DNA from: an archaeon
GTDB taxonomy: Archaea > B1Sed10-29 > JAJRYS01
Assembly (NCBI GenBank): GCA_024275665.1
Contig: JAJRYS010000012.1
Location: 1-35,600 of the forward strand
Length of the DNA stretch: 35,600 nucleotides
Direction: 5' to 3'
The notes below the pieces were generated by a model that saw only the letters and a program-made list of their open reading frames with translations, was not told the DNA's origin and did not search any database. Shown here piece by piece: positions 1 through 8,377 of the stretch (position 1 is its first letter; the number at the start of each line of letters is the position of its first letter). A program made the translations under genes and the position numbers.

Positions 1-110
1 AACTTTTGATTCCATCCTATTTCAGAATAACAGGAATCAGCGAAACTAATATTATGAGCCTCTAAATATCCTTTTTCAAAATTTTCATTATAATCAATTA
101 TTTTAATCAT
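1..110 (-). CDS. Partial CDS running off the left edge, possibly a GNAT-like N-terminus
   Basis: Hand translation from ATG 110: MIKIIDYNENFEKGYLEAHNISFADSCYSEIGWNQK..., open to the edge; AT-rich. Confidence 0.45.
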   Translation of the reverse strand, partial: MIKIIDYNENFEKGYLEAHNISFADSCYSEIGWNQK

Positions 111-200
111 ACATTCATTTATTTGTTTTATTAAATAAAAACTGTCTTTTTAAAAAATAAGATTAAAAAGAAAAGAGCAAAAAGAGCTCTTTCCTTTAGC

Positions 201-2084
201 TCACTCTTTGTTCCTGATTTCATGCCATTTCTCGATTATGGTTTCTTTCTTCCAGAACGCTATTACCAGCCCTATTATCACGAGGACTGCTAAGGCGTTC
301 AAAGGAGAAGCGAAGGCTCCTACTATTAGTCCTGTGAATCCTGTCTGGTTTGTGTTTTCTTCTTCAGTGGTGTTTGCTTGTTCTTCTGGCATTTCGATTA
401 TCTTAGGGCTTGTCATGTTCTGGAATTCTGATTCTGCCACGTACTTGTTGAACTTGTACTGTACTATGAAAGAGTCCATTGGGTCGAGTGTCACGTTCCA
501 TCCTATTTCAGGGTCTGCTGAGTAGATCTTGTCAGGAGCTGGTGTTATTGTAACCTCGTCCACGTGTTCTGCAAATTCTTTTGGAATGACGTCTTTTACT
601 AGGAAGGTTCTTGGCTCGTTTCCAAGGTTGCTTATCTTGGTTGTTACGTAGGTCTTTGCTTCTGAAGCGTCGTAGTAGTATTCCCTGTACACGTCTATCT
701 TGCTTGTAACGAATTCAGGGTAGTACTTTGACCCAGTGGTTGGCTCGTTTCCAGTTTCAGGTCCTTCTATTACTACTGTTATTGAACTAGTGCTTGTTGC
801 TCCTTCGTTGTCAGTCACGCGTAGGATTGCAGTGTAAGTTCCTGGAGTGTCATACTTGTAGGTTGTTACTCCGTTTGCTGTTGAACTCCAGTCATATGTT
901 CCGTCTCCGTCAAAATCCCACTCATACAACACGATAGAACCGTCTGAGTCTTCTCCTGTTCCAACGAACGCTATCCATTCGTTTACTTCTCCTGTCTTGT
1001 CTTGTCCAGCATAAGCTATTGGTGCTTGGTTAACAGGAGTAGTTTCTGTTGTTTGTTCTTCTTCTTGTGTTTCTTGTTCATTGGTTTGTTCTTCTTCTGT
1101 TTGTTGTTCTGGTTCTAGTATCGTTACTGTTAGAGAGTCAACTGCTTCGTATTCTCCATCACTTACGTAGAAGAAAGCAGTATAGGTTCCAGGAGTGTCA
1201 TAAGAGTGTGTAGTAGTCCCTGAGATTGGGCTCTCCCAATCTATTACTCCGTCTCCTTCAAAATCCCAGGCATAGTTGAGCATGTCTCCGTCTGGGTCTG
1301 TTCCTATTCCATTGAATGCTACTTGGTCTCCTATATAAGCAGTGATGTCTTCCCCTGCTTTTGCTACTGGAGCGTGGTTTTCTTCTTGTGTTTCTTCTTC
1401 TGGTATTGTTGCTTCTATTTGCATGCTTGTGATTGACTCTGCTCCTTTGTCATCAGTTATTTTTAATGTTACTAAATAAGTTCCTGTTCCTGTGTATGTG
1501 TGGGTTGTTGTTAGCATTGTACTTGTTGTTCCGTCTCCGAAGTTCCATTCAACTGCTACTATGGTTCCATCTGAATCATAGGATTGTGAAGCGTCGAACA
1601 CGTACTCGTTAGGAGTAGTGTTATAATATTGTATAATAGCGTAAGGAGGAGTGTTTGTTTCTTCTTGTGCTTGTTCTTCTTCCATAATATAAAATACTAA
1701 TGTCTTTTGAGCTGTTTCATACTTCCTCGTATAACTCCAGTATCCATTATTGTAAGAACTCACTATTGAAGAGCTTATAAAGTCAAGCACTGCGTAATGG
1801 GTTCCTGGAGTGCTGAATGAAATAGTATTATCCACTCTTATCATTGTGTTTCTTGCTATTTTCCTGAATTGTTGTCCTTCGTCTGTAGTGAGGGTGTATT
1901 CTATTCTTGGGAACATTCCATGAACATTAGTGTAAGCTGTTCCAGTTATTCTTATTGGTTCTCCTGTTTTGAACTCGTTTCCGGCAGCAGTGACGCTGTC
2001 AGTGTTTATTGCTGCCAGCACACTTGTGCTGATTAAAGCAATTCCTATTAGGAATATTGCTATTTTTTTAAGATCCATTTTCAT
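201..2084 (-). CDS. PKD-repeat cell-surface protein with signal peptide and C-terminal membrane anchor
   Basis: Three PKD units (WNFGDG, WDFEGDG, WDFDGDG ... GTYTAxLxVTD), E/Q/T-rich linkers, C-terminal TM then WKK; start moved to ATG 2084 behind GGAGGAG. Confidence 0.9.
   Translation of the reverse strand: MKMDLKKIAIFLIGIALISTSVLAAINTDSVTAAGNEFKTGEPIRITGTAYTNVHGMFPRIEYTLTTDEGQQFRKIARNTMIRVDNTISFSTPGTHYAVLDFISSSIVSSYNNGYWSYTRKYETAQKTLVFYIMEEEQAQEETNTPPYAIIQYYNTTPNEYVFDASQSYDSDGTIVAVEWNFGDGTTSTMLTTTHTYTGTGTYLVTLKITDDKGAESITSMQIEATIPEEETQEENHAPVAKAGEDITAYIGDQVAFNGIGTDPDGDMLNYAWDFEGDGVIDWESPISGTTTHSYDTPGTYTAFFYVSDGEYEAVDSLTVTILEPEQQTEEEQTNEQETQEEEQTTETTPVNQAPIAYAGQDKTGEVNEWIAFVGTGEDSDGSIVLYEWDFDGDGTYDWSSTANGVTTYKYDTPGTYTAILRVTDNEGATSTSSITVVIEGPETGNEPTTGSKYYPEFVTSKIDVYREYYYDASEAKTYVTTKISNLGNEPRTFLVKDVIPKEFAEHVDEVTITPAPDKIYSADPEIGWNVTLDPMDSFIVQYKFNKYVAESEFQNMTSPKIIEMPEEQANTTEEENTNQTGFTGLIVGAFASPLNALAVLVIIGLVIAFWKKETIIEKWHEIRNKE
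794..945. repeat. 152-bp near-identical PKD segment, copy 1 (copy 2 at 3942-4093)
   Basis: Direct alignment at offset 3148, mismatches only at 809, 837, 861. Confidence 0.95.
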
Positions 2085-2114
2085 ACTCCTCCGCATTTTT
2101 AATTAAACATGAAT

Positions 2115-2145
2115 TGTTACTATTTGTGAGGGACTACATTTAAAT
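2115..2145 (-). promoter_or_regulatory. TATA-like box plus 16-bp motif upstream of PKD gene 1
   Basis: TGTTACTATTTGTGAG (2115-2130) next to ATTTAAAT (2138-2145); same arrangement at 4569-4601. Confidence 0.55.
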
Positions 2146-2148
2146 ACT

Positions 2149-4566
2149 TTACGGTTTTAGTTTTTTAGTAAAACCTTTAAATTTAGCAACCCATTGCTTG
2201 TTCTTCTTCGCTTTTTTTCTTGTGTTTGGTCTTTTTTTGACAGCAATTCCTGTATTTGTCAACCCCTTCCTTTCCAAAGCAAACAATCCAGCAGCAATAA
2301 TGCTTAGGAATGTTATTATTGGAGTGAATTCAGGGTCTGCAAGTGCTGAAGTAGCCATCGCAGTCATTCTGCTTCCAGTGCTTTCAGGAGCGTTAGAAGC
2401 ACTCTCATTAGCCTGGGTTATCTCGTTACCTGTTATTACAGAGCCAGAAGTCTCGTTATTAGTAGTCTCATTAGTGGCATTCTCACTAGTCTCGTTAGTC
2501 TCGCTTTCATTCTCTTTTATTTTCTTAACTATAAATCCTCCTCCGCCTCCTGGGTTAGTGGAAGAACCGCTGCTTTGCTGTGGTTTTACAATGCTTATCA
2601 ACACAGTGTAATTACTCATAGCTCCGTTGTCATCAGTAACAGTAAGAGTAACGTTGTAATCAGCAGTAACGTGTGGGAATTCGTGGGCAGGATTCTGTTC
2701 AGTGCTGTTAGTGCCGTCCCCGAAGTCCCAGAACCATGATACTATTACCCCGTCAGCATCAGTGGACTCGTCAGTGAAGTTGAACAAGTACCACGAAGAG
2801 TTAGTGTAAGAAAAGTTAGCAACTGGTGCTTGGTTAGGAGTAACGTTTACTATTATTAAGGTGGTGTTAGTTGCTCCTTGATCATCTGTTACTGTCAGGG
2901 TTATGTTGTAAACTCCTGCATTTGTGAAGACGTGCACTGGCTCTGCGTCAGTAGAGTTGGTGCTGTCGTTAAAGTCCCAGAAGTAATTAGCAATTGTTCC
3001 GTCAGGATCGTAAGAACTTGAAGCATTGAACTGCACTGTTAGTGGTTCTTTTCCTTCAGTCACGTTAGCATCAGCAACTGCTACTGGAGGTTGGTTTGAA
3101 GGGCTTCCTGATTGCGTCACGTTTATCGTGATGTTGCTTGTACTTCTTCCACCAAAACCGTCTTCTACTATGAGTTCTGCAATGTAATTACCAGCAGTTG
3201 AATAAGTATGAGTTCCTATGACTGCCTCAGTGCTTGTGATTACTCCAGTAATGTTATCAGCAGGGTTGTTAACGTCGAATATTAAAGTGAATGTGAGTTG
3301 TTCGTCGTCAGTAGCAGAAGCATTGAACTCTACTGTTAGCGGGGCGGTCCCTTGAGTAGTATTAACATTGAAAGAAGTTATTACAGGGTCTTGGTTCTGT
3401 GTTACGTTTATCAAAACCCAAGCAGTGCTTGTCAACCCATCGTTGTCTGTTACTGTTAGTGTTACATTGTATTCTCCAGGAGCAGTGAACTCATGTGTTT
3501 CTTCAGCATTAGTACTAGTGGTTGAGTCGTTGAAGTCCCAGTGATAAGAAATTATGTTGCCGTCAATGTCGTAAGAATCGCTTGCATTGAACAACACGCT
3601 CAAAGGAGAATAGCCTTTAGTAGTGTTAGTGTTTATCACTGCTACTGGTTCTGCAAGTACTGTGACTATTATTTGGTCTGTTGTTGTTACTCCGTCGTCA
3701 TCAGTAACGTTAAGAATAACAGTAAATGTTCCTGGATTTGAATAAGAATGAGTAACAGTAACCCCGTTGCTTGTTGTTCCATCTCCGAAGTTCCATAAGT
3801 AATTAGTAATCACTCCATCAGGGTCTGTAGAGTTACTGGCGTTGAAAGTTACAAGCTCGTTTACAAGCACTGTCATATCTTGCCCTGCGTCTGCTATTGG
3901 AGGCTGGTTTGGGATTACTGTAATAACAGTAGAGTCAGTGTTTGTTGCTCCTTCGTCGTCAGTCACGCGTAGGATTGCAGTGTATGTTCCTGGAGTGTCA
4001 TACTTGTAAGTTGTTACTCCGTTTGCTGTTGAACTCCAGTCATATGTTCCGTCTCCGTCAAAATCCCACTCATACAACACGATAGAACCGTCTTCGTCTG
4101 TTCCACTACCGTTCAAAGTGATCAAGTGATTGACTTTTACAGTAGCATCAGGGCCAGCGTCTGCTGTTGGCGGTTGATTAGTAACAATTAATGTTTTAGT
4201 AGTGCTTGCGCATGTTCCATAATGGCATACTCTTAATGTGACTTCATAAGTTCCTGGAGTAGAGTACTTGTGGGTTGTTTGGAAAGGAGGGCTGTCGTAA
4301 ATGTCCTCTGACCCGTCTCCGTATTTTATGCTTCCTCCTGTAAGAGGACAGTATCTTATTCCAGTGTTAGTATAATAATAACAGTAAGAATTAGTAGGGT
4401 CGAATGAGAAGTTAACAGCAGTGCTTCCACTATTAGGGTTTATGTTCAAGACTGCTACTACGTGGTATACTGGCGCTCCTCCGCCTCCTCCTGCTACAGC
4501 GAAAACACTACCAAGGAGGGTTATTCCAAACAGGAATGTTAAGAGTGTCTTCTTCAAACCCCACAT
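2149..4566 (-). CDS. Multi-PKD-repeat surface glycoprotein (about 7 PKD units), C-terminal TM and basic tail
   Basis: Repeated W(D/N)FxDG and YNVTLTVTD motifs, many NxS/T sequons, poly-Gly and S/T/N/E-rich linker, signal peptide. Confidence 0.9.
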   Translation of the reverse strand: MWGLKKTLLTFLFGITLLGSVFAVAGGGGGAPVYHVVAVLNINPNSGSTAVNFSFDPTNSYCYYYTNTGIRYCPLTGGSIKYGDGSEDIYDSPPFQTTHKYSTPGTYEVTLRVCHYGTCASTTKTLIVTNQPPTADAGPDATVKVNHLITLNGSGTDEDGSIVLYEWDFDGDGTYDWSSTANGVTTYKYDTPGTYTAILRVTDDEGATNTDSTVITVIPNQPPIADAGQDMTVLVNELVTFNASNSTDPDGVITNYLWNFGDGTTSNGVTVTHSYSNPGTFTVILNVTDDDGVTTTDQIIVTVLAEPVAVINTNTTKGYSPLSVLFNASDSYDIDGNIISYHWDFNDSTTSTNAEETHEFTAPGEYNVTLTVTDNDGLTSTAWVLINVTQNQDPVITSFNVNTTQGTAPLTVEFNASATDDEQLTFTLIFDVNNPADNITGVITSTEAVIGTHTYSTAGNYIAELIVEDGFGGRSTSNITINVTQSGSPSNQPPVAVADANVTEGKEPLTVQFNASSSYDPDGTIANYFWDFNDSTNSTDAEPVHVFTNAGVYNITLTVTDDQGATNTTLIIVNVTPNQAPVANFSYTNSSWYLFNFTDESTDADGVIVSWFWDFGDGTNSTEQNPAHEFPHVTADYNVTLTVTDDNGAMSNYTVLISIVKPQQSSGSSTNPGGGGGFIVKKIKENESETNETSENATNETTNNETSGSVITGNEITQANESASNAPESTGSRMTAMATSALADPEFTPIITFLSIIAAGLFALERKGLTNTGIAVKKRPNTRKKAKKNKQWVAKFKGFTKKLKP
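3942..4093. repeat. 152-bp near-identical PKD segment, copy 2
   Basis: 149/152 identical to 794-945. Confidence 0.95.
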
Positions 4567-4568
4567 AG

Positions 4569-4601
4569 TGTTACTACTTGTGAGTTACAAAGTATTTAAA
4601 T
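4569..4601 (-). promoter_or_regulatory. TATA-like box plus 16-bp motif upstream of PKD gene 2
   Basis: TGTTACTACTTGTGAG (4569-4584), ATTTAAAT (4594-4601), about 28 nt before the ATG (leaderless spacing). Confidence 0.55.
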
Positions 4602-4695
4602 GTTTTGGTGGTATAATCAAAGTATTAAGCAAGGTAGCAAGGTGAAAAACCAGGCGAAGAGTATAAAAATGATGAATGAATAAGAGTGATTCATC

Positions 4696-5787
4696 ATGAA
4701 GCGAACTTCGTACGTGCTAGACCCATGGTCGTCAGAACTGCCTTCAGACTACAAGCACTTGATGGAAGAATTCGGCATAAAGCCAATAACAGAAGACTTG
4801 AAGAAGAGAATGCCAGACAGTCACTTGATCAGGAGAGGCATCCTGTTCGCTCAAAGAGACCTTGGCAGGATAGTAAAAGCATACGAGGAAGGAGAAGAAT
4901 TCGCAATACTAACAGGAGTAAAACCGTCGAACGTCTTCCACTTGGGAAGCAAGCTAGTAGCAGACGTGCTCAAGTTCTTCCAGGAAATGAACGGCAGGCT
5001 GTTCTACGCAGTAGCAGACATAGAAGCATACCATGCTAACAAACAGTCGCTGGAGAAAAGCGCTGAAATAGCAGTAGACAACATAGCAGACTTACTAGCG
5101 CTGGGAGTAAGCGAGAAGAATTCTTACTTTTATAAACAGTCACAGGAAGAGGAAGTAATGCGAAACGGTTATTTATACGCCCGCAACGTTACCAACAACA
5201 CTCTGAAAGCAGTGTACGGAGACAAGGAAATAGGATTATACATGTCAGCATTAGTCCAAGTAGGAGACATTCTCTTACCAGAATCAGAGAAGTTCGGAGG
5301 ACCGAAGCCAGTAATAGTGCCAGTGGGGATAGACCAAGACCCTCACATAAGACTCACGAGGGACATTGCAGCGAAGCACAGGCTCGTGAGGCCTTCTTCT
5401 GTTTACACGAAGTTCATGCGCTCGCTTACAGGCTCTGAGAAGATGAGCAAAAGCGAGCCAATGGGAATGATATCACTCAACGATGACGAGAAAACAGTAG
5501 AAGTGAAAGTAATGAGAGCATTCACAGGCGGAAGAGTCACCGTGGAAGAACAGAGGGAGAAAGGAGGCGAACCACTAAAATGCGTCGTGTTCGAGTTGTT
5601 CAAGTACCACTTGGAAGAAGACGACAAAAAGCTGGAAGAAAGGTTCAGGAAATGCGTTAATGGGGAAATAATGTGCGGCGAGTGCAAGAAACAAGCAGCA
5701 CAGAGGTTGAAAGAATTCCTGAGAAAACACCAGGAGAAAAAGAAGAAAATGATTCCGAAAGCAAGAAAACTGCTTGAAAAGAAGTGA
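4696..5787 (+). CDS. trpS: Tryptophanyl-tRNA synthetase (archaeal type)
   Basis: TGVKPS..FHLG (HIGH-like), VPVGIDQDPHIRLTRD, KMSKS, AFTGGR...QREKGG, CGECK. Confidence 0.95.
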   Translation: MKRTSYVLDPWSSELPSDYKHLMEEFGIKPITEDLKKRMPDSHLIRRGILFAQRDLGRIVKAYEEGEEFAILTGVKPSNVFHLGSKLVADVLKFFQEMNGRLFYAVADIEAYHANKQSLEKSAEIAVDNIADLLALGVSEKNSYFYKQSQEEEVMRNGYLYARNVTNNTLKAVYGDKEIGLYMSALVQVGDILLPESEKFGGPKPVIVPVGIDQDPHIRLTRDIAAKHRLVRPSSVYTKFMRSLTGSEKMSKSEPMGMISLNDDEKTVEVKVMRAFTGGRVTVEEQREKGGEPLKCVVFELFKYHLEEDDKKLEERFRKCVNGEIMCGECKKQAAQRLKEFLRKHQEKKKKMIPKARKLLEKK

Positions 5788-5804
5788 AGATCACTGCTTG
5801 TTTC

Positions 5805-6182
5805 TTACAATTCTCCTCCTACTATTACTAATTCTATTCCAAGCGACTTGACCACTGGTTTCAGGAGTTCTGCTTCAGTGCATTCAGCCATTACTATTTT
5901 GTCAACGTTCTCAAGCCTGGCAATGTTCTCTATCTTCTCAGCCCAAGAACCCCACTCGAAGTAATCCTTGAAAGAAACGCTTGTTGGAAGGCTATTCTTC
6001 AGCTCTTCAATGCATTCCTCTGCTTTCTTAATCCTAGTGCCTATGAACGCTGCTGGCACTTCACCCATTTTCTCCTTGTCAACAACGAACAAAGCGATCA
6101 CTGTAACTGGTTTTCCGATGGCTTCGACGAACTCGTCGCTGCATTCTTTCTCGGCAGTAAGCACTGGGACTAACACGTTCAT
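5805..6182 (-). CDS. Universal stress protein (USP)-like protein
   Basis: MNVLVPV start, LFVVD strand, 'EWGSWAEKIENIARLENVDKIVM' fits the USP fold pattern. Confidence 0.6.
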   Translation of the reverse strand: MNVLVPVLTAEKECSDEFVEAIGKPVTVIALFVVDKEKMGEVPAAFIGTRIKKAEECIEELKNSLPTSVSFKDYFEWGSWAEKIENIARLENVDKIVMAECTEAELLKPVVKSLGIELVIVGGEL

Positions 6183-6233
6183 GAACAAAGAATAAGAATT
6201 CTAAGTTTAAAAGAATTTTTCCTACTTTGTTTT

Positions 6234-6515
6234 TCATAAAAACCTTTCAATCTCTTCGTATACTGTTGAACGATGCCCGGCGTAAAGAACAAGCACTTCC
6301 CTGTCAAGCTCTTCAACCCTTATTATCACCCTGTAATCTCCTACTCTTATCTTCCGATAGTTGCTGAAGCCTTTCACCTTATTACTGTACTTGTACGGGT
6401 TTTCTTTTGCTTTTTTCAGTTTTTCAATAATGCGAACGCCTACTTCTCTTGGTAGTTTTTTAATTTCTTTAGCAGCTTTCTTACTTGTTTTTATTTTATA
6501 AGATAAGTTTTTCAT
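6234..6515 (-). CDS. RelE/ParE-family toxin
   Basis: 93 aa, basic, YRKIRVGDYRVI and GHRSTVY motifs; 4-nt overlap with upstream antitoxin. Confidence 0.9.
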   Translation of the reverse strand: MKNLSYKIKTSKKAAKEIKKLPREVGVRIIEKLKKAKENPYKYSNKVKGFSNYRKIRVGDYRVIIRVEELDREVLVLYAGHRSTVYEEIERFL

Positions 6516-6745
6516 GCAAGCAACTCTTTTTCAAGCTGTTCAAGAGTTACGTATTTGCCTTTCTTGATTTCTTCAACTCTTTTCTCAAGGGCTTTGTAAA
6601 AATCGTTTCTGTTCTTTTCATAAGCATAGAACTCTAGGATAGTCCTAATAGCATCGCTTCTGCTCTCAAACTCTCCTTCTCTTACTTCTTCGTCAATTAT
6701 TTCTAACAGTTTTTCAGGAATCCTTACTTGCACGTTTACAGACAC
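6512..6745 (-). CDS. Ribbon-helix-helix (CopG-like) antitoxin
   Basis: VQVRIPEKLLEIID...FESRSDAIR; C-terminal KGKYVTLEQL. Confidence 0.85.
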   Translation of the reverse strand: MSVNVQVRIPEKLLEIIDEEVREGEFESRSDAIRTILEFYAYEKNRNDFYKALEKRVEEIKKGKYVTLEQLEKELLA

Positions 6746-6816
6746 TAAAAATCACCTGTAATGATATCTCATTACAAGTTTATAAAGTTTTCCAACAGCA
6801 AGAAAGAGAAAGTGAA

Positions 6817-6999
6817 TGGGTCCACCCGGATTTTCGTGGGGAGTTGCGCTTGCCCCAGCGATAGGCCGCTTCACGTGGCCTGCAGGGGTAGAGGGGGTGC
6901 AACCCCTCTTTCGAACCGGGGAGCTTCGCCATACTGCCAACAGCCATTGCTGTGGCTGTTGTCGTCAAGGCGACGTCCTAACCACTAGACCATGGACCC
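6817..6999 (-). tRNA. tRNA-Val(GAC) with two introns: 37/38 (6932-6962, 31 nt) and 59/60 (6831-6909, 79 nt)
   Basis: Acceptor GGGTCCA/TGGACCC-A73, anticodon arm TCGCC-TTGACG^T-GGCGA, T arm CCCGG-TTCGAA^T-CCGGG; BHB-like junctions; no encoded CCA. Confidence 0.9.
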
Positions 7000-7025
7000 T
7001 TAATATCTAAAAAATTCTTATCTAA

Positions 7026-7096
7026 TGGACTCGCTGGGAGTCGAACCCAGACTGCTAGCCTGCAAAGCTAGCGTGCTTCCATTACACCACGAGCCC
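7026..7096 (-). tRNA. tRNA-Ala(TGC), intronless
   Basis: GGGCTCG/CGAGTCC with G3:U70, CTAGC-TTTGCAG-GCTAG, CTGGG-TTCGACT-CCCAG. Confidence 0.95.
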
Positions 7097-7276
7097 TTTT
7101 TTTACTATTTAGTTAATATCCTCTGAAATTTTAATATGGATAACCTTTATATAATTATTGTTGATATAATTTTAATTGCGTGCAAGGTAGGTAATGGAAT
7201 GACTGAGTAGTGAGGGACCTTTTTTACTTTTTCTTTTTAAAGCTTTTAAATTAGAGTTTAGATAAAATTATATTTT

Positions 7277-8368
7277 ATGAGTAGTTTTCTTCATGAATTG
7301 ATTGAAAAAGAAACTCCTTTTGGAATAAAATTAACTTCTGATATTCTTTCTGATGAGGCAGAAGAAGTAAGAAACTTTTTCAAAACTTTTAGTCCAACTA
7401 ATTTTTCCAGAGAACCTTGGTTTTATTTTCATATTTCCCCAGAAGCTTCATTATCTCTTAAGTGGAAAATCGAATTAATAAAAAAGCTTTATTATATTTC
7501 AAATAATCAATTTGTTAAATTCATTTTTATTGATTATTATCTTAACGAGTTAGAATACTTGATTAGATTAAGCGTTAAGTACAAGCATTTTTATTCTGAA
7601 GTAAAAAAGGCTTATGATACTTCTGTTAAAGTAATGCTTGAAGGGATAATGAAGAATAATTGGGGCAATCTTCCTTTTATTGATAATAAAATATTCTTAA
7701 TCAAAGATATTAAAGAAAGTCATATGAGTCACAGGCCGCCAGAGTTTCCTTTTCGAGGGAAAACAATTTTATGGGCCTTTGAGACTAGTAAAAAAATTAA
7801 AGAGGTTAATATTGATGGAGTGTGTGGGATCTTACATGGAGGAGTTTTCCCTTCTTTTGTATTATCAAAAATCATAAGTAAACCTGTTCATCTTCTTCGT
7901 TTTTCTTTTTATTCAATGAAAGATACTTATCCAAAATTTATTGATCCTGCTCCAGTTGGAGAAAGGATCATTGTTGTTGATGATGTATATGGTAAAGGTC
8001 GAACGCTACAAATTGTTAGTGATTTTTTGAAAAAGTATGATAATGAAGTACTTACGACAGCTGTTTCTTTTAAACATACTTCAGAAGAAAAAATATACAA
8101 GCCTTCAATTCCTCCTAAATGGATTACGTTTCCACAGTCTCCTTATAGAAAGGAGATTTTATGGGAAGCTTACGGAAATTTATCACTAAAAATAGCTGAA
8201 GAGCTAGCTGCGTTTTTATTAGAATACTATCCAGAGGTGGCTTTTAGAATTTCGAAAACACCCACAAGTTATAAATATTTTGTGGATGAATTTCTCTCCT
8301 ATTTCTTGAAACAATTAAAAAGCATACTAAAAGTGAGGATCAGAACTAAAGATTTAAAGCAAAATTAA
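7277..8368 (+). CDS. AT-rich protein with a type I phosphoribosyltransferase domain and an unassigned N-terminal region
   Basis: GILHGG loop and IIVVDDVYGKGRTL PRPP-binding motif. Confidence 0.75.
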   Translation: MSSFLHELIEKETPFGIKLTSDILSDEAEEVRNFFKTFSPTNFSREPWFYFHISPEASLSLKWKIELIKKLYYISNNQFVKFIFIDYYLNELEYLIRLSVKYKHFYSEVKKAYDTSVKVMLEGIMKNNWGNLPFIDNKIFLIKDIKESHMSHRPPEFPFRGKTILWAFETSKKIKEVNIDGVCGILHGGVFPSFVLSKIISKPVHLLRFSFYSMKDTYPKFIDPAPVGERIIVVDDVYGKGRTLQIVSDFLKKYDNEVLTTAVSFKHTSEEKIYKPSIPPKWITFPQSPYRKEILWEAYGNLSLKIAEELAAFLLEYYPEVAFRISKTPTSYKYFVDEFLSYFLKQLKSILKVRIRTKDLKQN

Positions 8369-8377
8369 TTTTTGAAA

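Noticed and set aside
794-4093. 152-bp repeat as a diversity-generating retroelement TR/VR pair
   Set aside because: Only 3 mismatches, not consistently at adenines of one copy; both copies are coding; no reverse transcriptase in the window
2136-4603. 15-bp perfect inverted repeat (2136-2150 and 4589-4603) flanking PKD gene 2 as an invertible cassette
   Set aside because: The core is the palindromic ATTTAAAT and the whole reads as a BRE-TATA promoter (a similar AAGTATTTAAA lies near 23245); no recombinase nearby. Inverted reads would revive it
6752-7010. Four short ORFs in the track
   Set aside because: They overlap tRNA-Val; stop-poor GC-rich RNA sequence explains them
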